In this document: positions 29,630-38,506 of the stretch, piece by piece
Layout of the letters: each line of letters begins with the position of its first letter
Position numbering within the stretch: the first letter of the stretch is position 1
NCBI GenBank assembly: GCA_963713855.1
Contig: OY970209.1
Span: 608,001 to 672,000 of the forward strand
Origin: an uncultured bacterium
GTDB lineage: Bacteria; Babelota; Babeliae; Babelales; Babelaceae
Direction: 5' to 3'
Length of the DNA: 64,000 bases
Notes under the pieces: model-generated
The model's input: only the letters and a program-made list of their open reading frames with translations
What the model was told of the DNA's origin: nothing
Database searches by the model: none
Program-made: the position numbers and the translations under genes

Positions 29630-29806
29630 TTAGCGCCCTGGTAACAACTCACAGTATGCACGGCCTGCTCCACAAAATCCAAATTGGCTGCAACAGCGGC
29701 CTGCGTCACAGTCATTATCAGATTTACATGAGTGCTGCGCATTTTCCGCAAGACAAACAGATGATGCGCCCATGAGTAGTAAGACTACTATATATACTTT
29801 TTTCAT
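29630..29806 (-). CDS. Secreted hevein-like peptide, 58 aa (below the ORF-track cutoff)
   Basis: Manual translation: MKKVYIVVLLLMGASSVCLAENAQHSCKSDNDCDAGRCCSQFGFCGAGRAYCELLPGR*; AAGGGA RBS. Confidence 0.87.
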   Translation of the reverse strand: MKKVYIVVLLLMGASSVCLAENAQHSCKSDNDCDAGRCCSQFGFCGAGRAYCELLPGR

Positions 29807-30017
29807 GATATCCCTTCTTGTTGACGTAAGGAATTAAGACCAATGTCAAAATTATTAGTAATTATATATTACAATTATTTAATTATTAATTGCAAGAGTC
29901 TATCATAGATACTCGTGCGGGGGGAAAGCTCTTTAGCCATTTTATGGATTTTTTGAAAACTTCTTATTGACTAAATTATTCAGTTTGTTATTTTGAATAC
30001 AATAATTACCCCATAGT

Positions 30018-31529
30018 TTGAGTCATATGTTATATCGTTTAGTTTGTGTATGTTTATTATTCACGTGCTCTTGTGGTAAAGCGCTTGAAAAGCTAGATAA
30101 TCGGTTAGAGCGACTTGATTTTTCCGACAAAGTTATTGCGGTGCGTGATATTGCCGTGGATGCAGCACACTTTCTTGCTGATCCTGAGGCTGCGCGTAGT
30201 GCCTTACACTATTATAACTTCTTGCGTGAAAAAGCCCATGTGCCGATTGCTTCTCTTAACAATGAGATTGATACTGATTGGCTTACTCATTTTGAGAGGA
30301 AGTTTACCATTTTAGCTTCGCTAGAATATTCTTTAAAGAATGACTGTAAGAAGGCTTTGCTTATGTTGCCAAGCCAGTCCCAAGAAGCGCTTTTAGAGGA
30401 AGCCGCAAAAGACCTAGATATTAAATCTCATCTTGTGCCCGTTGGTTTGACTTATGAGGGCGGAAAGGCTTTTCCTCGTTATGGCACCTTTACCAAGATA
30501 GGTATCGGGCTAGATCCGGATTTGCAGGTACGTACATCAATTTTGTACCATGAACTCGGCCACGTTTTTTATAAGGATTCAGAAATAGGTCTTACTCAAG
30601 AAGAAATTGAAAAATACGTCCAAACGGACCACTTTAAAAAATTTAACGCAAAAGTTGAGCGCTTAGTACAAAAAGGTGCCTCTCTTCTTTCAAGCCTACA
30701 AGGCACTCAGTTAGGAACTAGGCTCTCTAAAATGTGTAATGAAGAAGCAATGGGGCTTATTAAGACCCAAGGATTTTTATGGGTTGGTTCCAATGATCTT
30801 GAGCTTGAGGCTTACCAAAAGCAAGAACCTGAGGAATATGCTTCTACCCTCTACGAAAGATTTACAGAACAACGTGCAGATCTTTTTAGCTATGAAAAAC
30901 TATATGAAAATGATAAGCTTGCTGCACTTTTTGCCCAATTTCGTGAATTTTCAGCCGACACCAATAGCATTGTGCAAAGAGGAAAGATAGTTCATCCATC
31001 TAATCTAGAACGCATTCTCTACGGTCTTGGTTATTTAGCAGACAAAGGCGAAGATGTTGCAAAATCGGTCACAGAATGGGAAAGTCAGGGTGAGTGCGTC
31101 GATGCTGAACAATTGACATGCAAGGGACACTGTGCACACGTTATGAAGCACGCTGGGACCCGCGATGCGCTTTCGGTCTATTATGCATTAAGCAATGAAG
31201 ACTACCTGGCTTGGAAAAAGGCGAATAAAAAGCACCAAAATGTAGTCTCGGTTATCGATGATCTAAAAAAATCTTTAAAATCACTGGAAAAGCCGAACGC
31301 TTGTATAAAGCCACTCTACATGTATAACCTCATTCGCGATTTGACTGATGAAAAAAGAGAGTACTTTCCCGAAGCTATTGATCAAGAGTGGATTGAAAAG
31401 GCCAAAAATAGCGTTTTCATCAGAAACTGGCTCTATGTGGGGCTTTGTATTGGTAGTACCGCGGCTCTGCTAATGCTTTTAGCTATAGACAGCCTAAATA
31501 GAGCACTACCGAAGCGTCCAGTGGTCTAA
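30018..31529 (+). CDS. Exported putative zinc metallopeptidase with C-terminal TM
   Basis: HExxH motif (ILYHELGHV) with a distal EQRAD; signal or lipoprotein-like N-terminus. Confidence 0.6.
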   Translation: MSHMLYRLVCVCLLFTCSCGKALEKLDNRLERLDFSDKVIAVRDIAVDAAHFLADPEAARSALHYYNFLREKAHVPIASLNNEIDTDWLTHFERKFTILASLEYSLKNDCKKALLMLPSQSQEALLEEAAKDLDIKSHLVPVGLTYEGGKAFPRYGTFTKIGIGLDPDLQVRTSILYHELGHVFYKDSEIGLTQEEIEKYVQTDHFKKFNAKVERLVQKGASLLSSLQGTQLGTRLSKMCNEEAMGLIKTQGFLWVGSNDLELEAYQKQEPEEYASTLYERFTEQRADLFSYEKLYENDKLAALFAQFREFSADTNSIVQRGKIVHPSNLERILYGLGYLADKGEDVAKSVTEWESQGECVDAEQLTCKGHCAHVMKHAGTRDALSVYYALSNEDYLAWKKANKKHQNVVSVIDDLKKSLKSLEKPNACIKPLYMYNLIRDLTDEKREYFPEAIDQEWIEKAKNSVFIRNWLYVGLCIGSTAALLMLLAIDSLNRALPKRPVV

Positions 31530-31599
31530 AAACCAATTGCATTTAGGACTCTTTTGTGCTATAAAATCACTATATAAGGACATATTTTAAACAAAAAAT

Positions 31600-31685
31600 G
31601 GCGAGATTCCCGAGCGGTCAAAGGGGGCGGACTGTAAATCCGCTGGTTATTGCCTTCGTAGGTTCGAATCCTACTCTCGCCACCA
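31600..31685 (+). tRNA. tRNA-Tyr(GTA)
   Basis: GGCGAGA/TCTCGCC acceptor stem, anticodon loop CTGTAAA, long variable arm, GGTTCGAATCC, CCA. Confidence 0.96.
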
Positions 31686-31928
31686 CTTTTTCTCGTTTTC
31701 CCCTCTTTTTCTGACTAAAAATTCATCGTATCGCCCCCTTAGCTACAACATTTTTGAAAAAAAGTGTCATAAGCCGTTAGCCAATGGGAATAACCGTATT
31801 TTCAGCACTGATTATATCCATTACAAAAGGATTCCGGGAAAATAGCCATTGTGAATGATGCAAGTCTAGTCTATACTAGAAGGGTAAAAGTAAAGTACGC
31901 TACCAACAGCAATCTAAAATAGGCTACA

Positions 31929-32813
31929 ATGAGACTCCGAACACTGCTGCTTATAGGTCTTCTTTCGATAGGAATATGCCATATGCCGACGACTCCTCGA
32001 GTTATCGTTTGGGATTTAGGCCACACGCTCTTTGAAAGGAGTTGGTTGAGCCAAATAAAAGCTATTGGCTTCTGGGATGGGTTTTGGTTTTTTTGCCGGC
32101 ATGGTATGAGCAGTACTGAGGTGATGAGATCTTTAATGTGGGATGTTTTAAGCCTCTACAATGGCCATCCACTTTTGGTTGAAAGCCAGTTTTTGCCTCA
32201 CGATCCGTATGGATATCCATTGCCGCACCTCATGATTGAGTGGTTTATTGGTGCTAAAACAAGCGAGGAAGTTTTAAAAATCGTGGAAGACTGCGTGGAG
32301 CGCTTTGGTGGATTTAGGAGTTCTTTAGAAAAAAGAGTTGTCAAAAAGGTATTTACGTGGATGTTTACTCCTAAAGCATACGCAGAAAGCTGGATACCCA
32401 TACGCAAGGCTGTCGACCTTTTAAAGCTCTGTGCGGATCAAAAGGATACTTATGGAAATCCGCTCTTTAGATTTTACATTCTTTCAAATTTCGATGAACA
32501 AACTTATTATTACCTATCATCAGATAGCGATAATGATGTAGTCTTTGAAAACTTTAAGCAAAATCATATTTTTATATCAGGTCAAAAACACGCGTTAAAA
32601 CCCGAGCCACGCTTTTTTATGTCTCTTCTGGATAGTGCTGGTGTAGATTCCAAGGACGCAGTTCTGATAGATGATCAAGAAGAAAACTGCGAGGCTGCAC
32701 GTGCCCTTGGTATGCACGCGTTTTGTGTCAAAGATAAAGATTTTGAGCGAGCCAAAGAGGGCCTACAATCACTCGGTATGTTACCGCAAAACAACAAAGC
32801 GACAGAGTTTTAA
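31929..32813 (+). CDS. HAD-superfamily hydrolase
   Basis: VIVWDLGHTL, ILSN, KPEP, IDDQEEN. Confidence 0.85.
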   Translation: MRLRTLLLIGLLSIGICHMPTTPRVIVWDLGHTLFERSWLSQIKAIGFWDGFWFFCRHGMSSTEVMRSLMWDVLSLYNGHPLLVESQFLPHDPYGYPLPHLMIEWFIGAKTSEEVLKIVEDCVERFGGFRSSLEKRVVKKVFTWMFTPKAYAESWIPIRKAVDLLKLCADQKDTYGNPLFRFYILSNFDEQTYYYLSSDSDNDVVFENFKQNHIFISGQKHALKPEPRFFMSLLDSAGVDSKDAVLIDDQEENCEAARALGMHAFCVKDKDFERAKEGLQSLGMLPQNNKATEF

Positions 32814-34597
32814 AGACCAAATACATTACATCTCGTTTGCAAATCCAACATTCTAGGTATTAATAGCTGCATCAAACAATGATGAGACCTTTCAAGAGCA
32901 TACACAAACGGTGTTTGTCCTGCGCGATCGGTGATTCTAATATCTGTTCGTGGGTCTTCTAAGATGACACGAGCAATGTCAGTGTCGCCCACCACGGCTG
33001 CAACGTGAAGCGGAGTTCTACCGAGTACATCTTGCCCATTCGGATCTATCCTCGAATCACTTAAGGCTCTTCTTACATCATCAATATTTTGATGAAGAAC
33101 TGCGTAATGTAGAGGCAAGCCCGAGTAATCTGGTGAGACTGAAAGTAATTGAGGGCTATCCTGAGAATCATCCGCGGGAGCTAGCGGAGAGGGAATAGCT
33201 TGAGTAAGATCAACGGTATTTGTTTGTTGAGTGAGTTCGTTGTCTGCTGCCAAGAATTTTAGAAAGCTGTCATCGGCTTCATCTTGGCCTTGCTGCTCTG
33301 AAGTCGACGAAAATAAAAGAGGAAGGTTATTAAAATTGGTTGCTATCGATCGAGTTGCCAGTATTGACCGTGGGGTTTGAGCTCTGTAATTAAACTGGTC
33401 TAGATGATGTGGATAGTTCAAAGCAATGGTATCGATAATTTGCTGTAATCCTTGTTGGGCTGCTAGATGCACAGCGGTATTTCCATCAGCGTCGGGCATC
33501 AAGCAATTTTCGCCTTCTTTTTCAAGCAATTTTTGAAAAGCTTTCACATTACCCTTTTTTACAAGGTAGTGCGTTAAGGATTGTCCGTTTGCATCTAGAT
33601 AGTGATAGGTGGCTAGTTTAGTGCCTAATAGCTTTTGAAGAGCATTTTCGTCATTTTGAAAAGCTTTTTCTAAAAGTTCTTCATCCTCTTCACGAATTTT
33701 AGCTGTCTCGCGCCATGATGGTAGTCCACAGTAGAATATTTTTCGTGTGGAGTCGGATTTCGCGAGTTTTTGCCTTTTTCGAGCTGGTTGACCTACTTCG
33801 GGGGCCGGCAGTATGAAAGTGGGGGGTCTTGGTGCAAGGGTGAAGATCGGTAAGTGAGTGTGGATGGGAGGCTGCTCAATGTACCTGTTTAAAAATACCA
33901 AAAGCGATGGGTTATTGAATGCGTTTTCACGTGCAACCGCAAACAGGTACCTACGAGAATTATTTCTTTCTTCGACTGAAGAGTACCTTAGAAGGAGCTC
34001 AACTATAGAGTTAGCAGCGGGTTGCGCTTCGGGAGTTGCCGTTGCGGCCACTCTTACGGCACTTTCCAAGGCATTTGCCTTTCGAACAACTAATAAAGCT
34101 CCACTGTCTATCAATAGCTCAACTGAACGTAGCTGGTGTTGAGCTATAGCTTCACAAAGCGGTGTTCTGCCGGCAGCATTGAGATTATTAATTCCGTGGC
34201 GCTTCTTCATCTCATTGAGAATAACTTTCAGAAGATCTGGATTTTGAACGGCGACGTGAAAGGTAGTATTTTTATGATTATCTATCCAAAAACAACAAGT
34301 TTTGTAAGCCTTCATAAAAGCGACTAAAAGCGCGCTGTGTCCACGACGTGCTAGATAGATGGGTAACGGATTGCCCTCTGTATCTAGAGAGAATCGGAAA
34401 TCATAGTTTGCGTTAAGAAGCTCGTTTAAAAGAGGAAGGCCTTCGCGTACAATTCTTTCAAAAAGGTCCGTTACCTCAGTCGAGTCAGGAATAGAATAGC
34501 TAGAACCCTCCATAGAACAGAGCGTGTGAGGCACCAAAGGCAAGAATATGAGAGCTAGAAAAAAGCCGGAAAGTCTGGACTTTAAAATTTTTGTCAT
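32810..34597 (-). CDS. Secreted ankyrin-repeat protein with NLS-like motif
   Basis: GRTPLCEA, GNTAVHLAA, GRTPLHVAA, GQTP; signal peptide ending LCS-MEG; PARKRQKL. Confidence 0.9.
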   Translation of the reverse strand: MTKILKSRLSGFFLALIFLPLVPHTLCSMEGSSYSIPDSTEVTDLFERIVREGLPLLNELLNANYDFRFSLDTEGNPLPIYLARRGHSALLVAFMKAYKTCCFWIDNHKNTTFHVAVQNPDLLKVILNEMKKRHGINNLNAAGRTPLCEAIAQHQLRSVELLIDSGALLVVRKANALESAVRVAATATPEAQPAANSIVELLLRYSSVEERNNSRRYLFAVARENAFNNPSLLVFLNRYIEQPPIHTHLPIFTLAPRPPTFILPAPEVGQPARKRQKLAKSDSTRKIFYCGLPSWRETAKIREEDEELLEKAFQNDENALQKLLGTKLATYHYLDANGQSLTHYLVKKGNVKAFQKLLEKEGENCLMPDADGNTAVHLAAQQGLQQIIDTIALNYPHHLDQFNYRAQTPRSILATRSIATNFNNLPLLFSSTSEQQGQDEADDSFLKFLAADNELTQQTNTVDLTQAIPSPLAPADDSQDSPQLLSVSPDYSGLPLHYAVLHQNIDDVRRALSDSRIDPNGQDVLGRTPLHVAAVVGDTDIARVILEDPRTDIRITDRAGQTPFVYALERSHHCLMQLLIPRMLDLQTRCNVFGL

Positions 34598-34636
34598 AGT
34601 TAAAAACTACTTTATTTAATGTCGCTATATACACAT

Positions 34637-34665
34637 AGTATAATTTTAGATACAAAAAAAGTCAC
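34637..34665 (-). promoter_or_regulatory. Promoter-like element conserved with the paralog copy at 36582-36609
   Basis: GTGACT-N17-TATACT here and GTGACT-N16-TATACT upstream of the paralog; the leaders are also similar. Confidence 0.55.
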
Positions 34666-34675
34666 CCCATCAGCC

Positions 34676-36541
34676 TTATAGGTCAAGTGACTGGCATTGG
34701 CTTTCTAGGTTGAGAGCCAATTGGACTGGCTCATATAAAGGTATGTTCGTGCTATTTGGCCTTGCAAGAAGGTATGACAGTGCGTCCCGGTTAAAGTTGT
34801 CAGTGATAGTTATGTCAGTACGTTGATCAAGGATTAAAAGCTGTGCTATGGCATGGTAACCTAAAATTGCTGCGAGGTGTAACGGGGTCCACCCGTTTGT
34901 GTCTTCTCTTTCGTTTGGATTTGCGGAGGGCTGTGCCAAAATGCTTCTGACAGCGTTTAAGTTGTTATTAAGCACTGCTTGATGTAGCAAAGTGCTTACC
35001 GAGAGTAATTGCGGGCTATCTTGAGTCGTTTGATAGACTTGAGCATCCGATGGAGATTCGACTTCCTCGCCAGTAAGGTCTATAACTTCATTTAGCTCTG
35101 TAAAACTTGTGCTAGAGCTTTCAAAGACTCCTTGAGTGTATCTTCTAAAGGATTCGCCAAAAGGAGCCTCATAGTGAGCAATGTCGTTTACCCGGGTATC
35201 ATCATCTCTTAGGTTGGATGAGGGATTCTGTGTTGGTACAGTTTCATCAATATTATGTTCAGTAAAAGCTACGTTTTCTAGGATTGTGCGAGGCGTCTGA
35301 CCTGCGCGGTTTGGCTGCTCGATGAGTGCTGGCAATCGCTCAAAAATAAGAGTTACAAAATGATGTAGTCCTCTTTGAGCGGCAATATGTGCAGGATTAT
35401 TTCCCTCGTAATCCGCTGGCATTCCTTCCGCGCCGTACTGGTTAAGTAATCGCTCAAGGGCGCTGATGTTGTCGTGCATTACAAGATAATGTGCAAGGGA
35501 CCGTCCCTGTCTATCTCGATACAAATTTACCTGTAACTGCTCAGCTAAAATCTGATCGAAAGAGGCTGAATCGTTTTGAAATGCGCTTTTAAAACGTTCA
35601 GTTTCATGAGCTGCTTGACGTAAGCTTCGCCAAGAAGGTAACCCCAGGTAAAAGATTTCGCCATCGCTACTAGGCATAGGCTCGTCAATTCTGGCTTTTT
35701 TATGTGAGCGAGTCTCTTCATTGCTTTCTGGGTATTGAGACTTAGGTGTAAAAATGGGTATGGTTGGAACATAAGGTATTATCATTATTGGAACTATGTT
35801 TACCGGATATCTATTACTGCCAGCTTGGCGGAGGTAATGATATAAAAGATTCACAAGTTGCGGGTTGTTGCTTTGATTGGCAAGCTCGAGTAGGCCAAGG
35901 TTTATATATTCTGCATGGACTTCGGTATTTGTAGCATGACTGAGTAATAATGCTACAATCGCATTAGCTTCACACATTTTAGCAGAAGATACTGCTGCTA
36001 ATTTTATTGCGAGTTCTACTAAGGCAGGAGTTATGTGCGCACCGGCTTCTAGTAATTGCCTTACCTCATTGGGAAGCTGTAAGCTCACAGCAAGAAAGAG
36101 TGGTGTGTGACCATGGCTGTTTTGGCTGTTAATTCCATGAGCCCCGTTTCTTTGAGCCATGACCGCTTGAAATAAGCTGGGTCTTTCTAGAGCCAGATGA
36201 AAAATGGTATTCTTTTGTTTATCTACCCACACGGTACAATGGCTATAAAAGCTCATAAACAGTTGTATAAGCTCGGGAGTACCCCATGATGCTAAATGAT
36301 GAGCTAAAGTCCTGCCATGGCAGTCTCGAGCCGTTTTAAAATCATAGCGCTCGTTCAAAAGCTTCACTAAAAGCGTAGGCCCTTCGCGCACGATTCTTTC
36401 AAAAAGGATAGTCGTCTCTAGCCGATCAAGAGTCGTAGAGTCTGAGCACTCTTCCATGCCCTCAAGGCCATGGGGTATAAAGGGTATTAGTAAAAGGGCC
36501 AGAATGAAGCCAAAAAATTTGTTTTTCGAAGTTTTTTTCAT
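34676..36541 (-). CDS. Secreted ankyrin-repeat protein, tandem paralog of 32810-34597
   Basis: GHTPLFLA, GWTPLHLAA; shares LFERIVREG, IFYxGLPSWR and QDSPQLLSVS with its neighbour. Confidence 0.9.
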   Translation of the reverse strand: MKKTSKNKFFGFILALLLIPFIPHGLEGMEECSDSTTLDRLETTILFERIVREGPTLLVKLLNERYDFKTARDCHGRTLAHHLASWGTPELIQLFMSFYSHCTVWVDKQKNTIFHLALERPSLFQAVMAQRNGAHGINSQNSHGHTPLFLAVSLQLPNEVRQLLEAGAHITPALVELAIKLAAVSSAKMCEANAIVALLLSHATNTEVHAEYINLGLLELANQSNNPQLVNLLYHYLRQAGSNRYPVNIVPIMIIPYVPTIPIFTPKSQYPESNEETRSHKKARIDEPMPSSDGEIFYLGLPSWRSLRQAAHETERFKSAFQNDSASFDQILAEQLQVNLYRDRQGRSLAHYLVMHDNISALERLLNQYGAEGMPADYEGNNPAHIAAQRGLHHFVTLIFERLPALIEQPNRAGQTPRTILENVAFTEHNIDETVPTQNPSSNLRDDDTRVNDIAHYEAPFGESFRRYTQGVFESSSTSFTELNEVIDLTGEEVESPSDAQVYQTTQDSPQLLSVSTLLHQAVLNNNLNAVRSILAQPSANPNEREDTNGWTPLHLAAILGYHAIAQLLILDQRTDITITDNFNRDALSYLLARPNSTNIPLYEPVQLALNLESQCQSLDL

Positions 36542-36813
36542 AATGAAAAGCTACTCTATTTCATGTTTACCGATGCATTCTAGTATAGCTAAAAATTTCT
36601 AAAAGTCACTTTTTAAGATATTTGTCTACTACATGATGTCACTATAAATGGTTATTTAGTTGGCTAGTGAGTCCGCGCCTTGTGAAAGCTTTCTTGTAAT
36701 AAGATAAGAAATACGTCAGCTGATGTTTAGATATTTGTGGCGTAATGTAAGGAAAAGGCTTTGAGGCGCCCTTGCAATAAGAGCAAAAATACTTTATTCT
36801 ATAGCAGAAGAAA

Positions 36814-36889
36814 GCGGGAATAGCTCAATTGGTAGAGTGGCAGCCTTCCAAGCTGTAGGTTGCGGGTTCGAGTCCCGTTTCCCGCACCA
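36814..36889 (+). tRNA. tRNA-Gly(TCC)
   Basis: GCGGGAA/TTCCCGC acceptor stem, anticodon loop CTTCCAA, GGTTCGAGTCC, CCA. Confidence 0.95.
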
Positions 36890-37035
36890 CACAACACATG
36901 AAGTAACATGTGTTGTGTCCTGAGCAGCTTTCGATAGAAAGCGATTAGCGAAGGGTATGCGAACTAACGCATATTTTATCCGGAGCGCACACGAAGTAAC
37001 ATGTGTTTTATCCGGAGCGCTTTCTACAGAAAGCG
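36890..37035. repeat. Cluster of short palindromic (REP-like) modules
   Basis: Three hairpins with AAGTAA/AACTAA loops, two GCTTTC..GAAAGC hairpins, and TTTTATCCGGAGCGC twice. Confidence 0.7.
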
Positions 37036-37103
37036 GTGTGGTTTGGCATATATGGTTTCTCTTGATATAAGGCAACAAGCTGGGGGTTTTAAAAAGCTTG
37101 TAT

Positions 37104-37179
37104 GCTGGCGTAGCTCAGTTGGTAGAGCAGCTGATTTGTAATCAGCAGGTCGCTGGTTCAAGTCCAGTCGCCAGCTCCA
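37104..37179 (+). tRNA. tRNA-Thr(TGT)
   Basis: Cloverleaf, anticodon loop TTTGTAA, CCA. Confidence 0.96.
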
Positions 37180-37352
37180 GAAGCCCTTCGTTTTTACTTA
37201 CAAGCTCAAACGGACCTTTCTCTGCAAAGAGATGCATTTTTCTTATTGCAAAAGCATTTGCTTTTGCTAATATAAACAAAGAATAGAGCATTATCATGTC
37301 TTTTTTGGGGTAAGTCCCCAGAAGGCAGGTAATTAAGCCAAGTAAAGTGTGT

Positions 37353-37429
37353 GCCCACGTAGCTCAGTTGGTTAGAGCACTTCCTTGGTAAGGGAGAGGT
37401 CACCGGTTCAAATCCGGTTGTGGGCTCCA
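37353..37429 (+). tRNA. tRNA-Thr(GGT)
   Basis: Cloverleaf, anticodon loop TTGGTAA, CCA. Confidence 0.96.
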
Positions 37430-37476
37430 TGGCAAGAAATTAGCTTAATGAATAGTTTTTTTAGGGTTTATCGGTT

Positions 37477-37635
37477 ATGGCAAAAAATAGGGTAACTACT
37501 CATCTTGCGTGTGAAGTGTGTAAAGAACGCAATTATTCTCAGGTGGTAGGCAAAAAGAGATCGGCAGGCTCTTTAAAACTAAGTAAATTTTGCTTTCGAT
37601 GCCGTAAGCATGTAGCGCATAAAGAAACGAAATAG
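37477..37635 (+). CDS. rpmG: 50S ribosomal protein L33 (Zn-binding form; not in the ORF track)
   Basis: Manual translation: MAKNRVTTHLACEVCKERNYSQVVGKKRSAGSLKLSKFCFRCRKHVAHKETK*. Confidence 0.95.
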   Translation: MAKNRVTTHLACEVCKERNYSQVVGKKRSAGSLKLSKFCFRCRKHVAHKETK

Positions 37636-37642
37636 GCAAAGT

Positions 37643-37718
37643 AGGCCAGTAGCTCTAACGGCAGAGCGGCAGACTCCAAATCTGCGGGTTGGGGGTTCGA
37701 ATCCCTCCTGGCCTGCCA
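37643..37718 (+). tRNA. tRNA-Trp(CCA)
   Basis: AGGCCAG/CTGGCCT acceptor stem, anticodon loop CTCCAAA; canonical position before secE. Confidence 0.95.
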
Positions 37719-37726
37719 AAGCACTG

Positions 37727-37954
37727 GTGTACAAAATAAGAGGTGTTCTGTTGAACAGTCCCATAAGAAATATCAATCAGTTTCTTGGACAGGTTAAGGC
37801 TGAGGTAGCAAAAATAGAGTGGCCGAGCTTTGAAGAGTTTGTTGGTTCTACTATTATTATGCTTGTTATTGTGGCCTTTTTTACACTCTTCATTTTTGGT
37901 GTGGATCAGGGCATTAAGCAACTAGCCCACTATGTTTTTACTTATAGCTTGTAA
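37727..37954 (+). CDS. secE: Preprotein translocase SecE (start possibly TTG 37751)
   Basis: FLGQVKAEVAKIEWPS plus a TM segment ending in D; lies between tRNA-Trp and nusG. Confidence 0.92.
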   Translation: MYKIRGVLLNSPIRNINQFLGQVKAEVAKIEWPSFEEFVGSTIIMLVIVAFFTLFIFGVDQGIKQLAHYVFTYSL

Positions 37955-37969
37955 GGACTTTCAAAGATA

Positions 37970-38491
37970 ATGAAACGATGGTATGTTGTTCAAGTTCGTG
38001 CTAATTATGAAGAACGAGTCAAATCTGATCTTTTAAAAAGTATCGAAGAAAAGGGTCTCCAGGACCAGTTTGGGCAAATTTTAATTCCTTCAGTCAAGAT
38101 GCGTCAGTTTTTCGAAGTTGGCGATGCTATGCGTGACCAACAGCTCTTTCCGGGCTATGTTCTTATTGAGATGGAAGACACCGACGAGAACATTCATTTT
38201 GTCAGCAAGCGCCCTGATGTACGTCGCTTTTTAGGAGGCAATAAGCCAAGCCCATTGTCTAATCGTGAAGTGGAGCGCATTAAAGCTCAAATTAGCGGGG
38301 ATGTTGCGATTCCTACGCAAAAACACGACCTTGAAGTTGGGAAAGAGATCGAGATCAAAGAGGGACCGTTTGCTACTTTTGTTGGCATCATCGATAAAAT
38401 TAATGAAGAAAATCAAAAGCTTACTGTCATGGTAAGTATTTTGGGGAGAATGACTCCTGTTGTATTGAATTTTGATCAAGTAAAGCGATAA
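37970..38491 (+). CDS. nusG: Transcription factor NusG
   Basis: WYVVQ, FPGYVLIEM, KOW motif EGPF..F.G, GRMTPV. Confidence 0.97.
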   Translation: MKRWYVVQVRANYEERVKSDLLKSIEEKGLQDQFGQILIPSVKMRQFFEVGDAMRDQQLFPGYVLIEMEDTDENIHFVSKRPDVRRFLGGNKPSPLSNREVERIKAQISGDVAIPTQKHDLEVGKEIEIKEGPFATFVGIIDKINEENQKLTVMVSILGRMTPVVLNFDQVKR

Positions 38492-38506
38492 GAAAGGTAC
38501 ACTGGT

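Noticed and set aside
29255..29751. Track ORFs 29255-29467 and 29569-29751
   Set aside because: Alternative frames of the two hevein-like genes, lacking an RBS, signal peptide or motif.
36890..37035. CRISPR array
   Set aside because: The units are irregular, there are no constant repeats with unique 30-40 nt spacers, and no cas genes are present.
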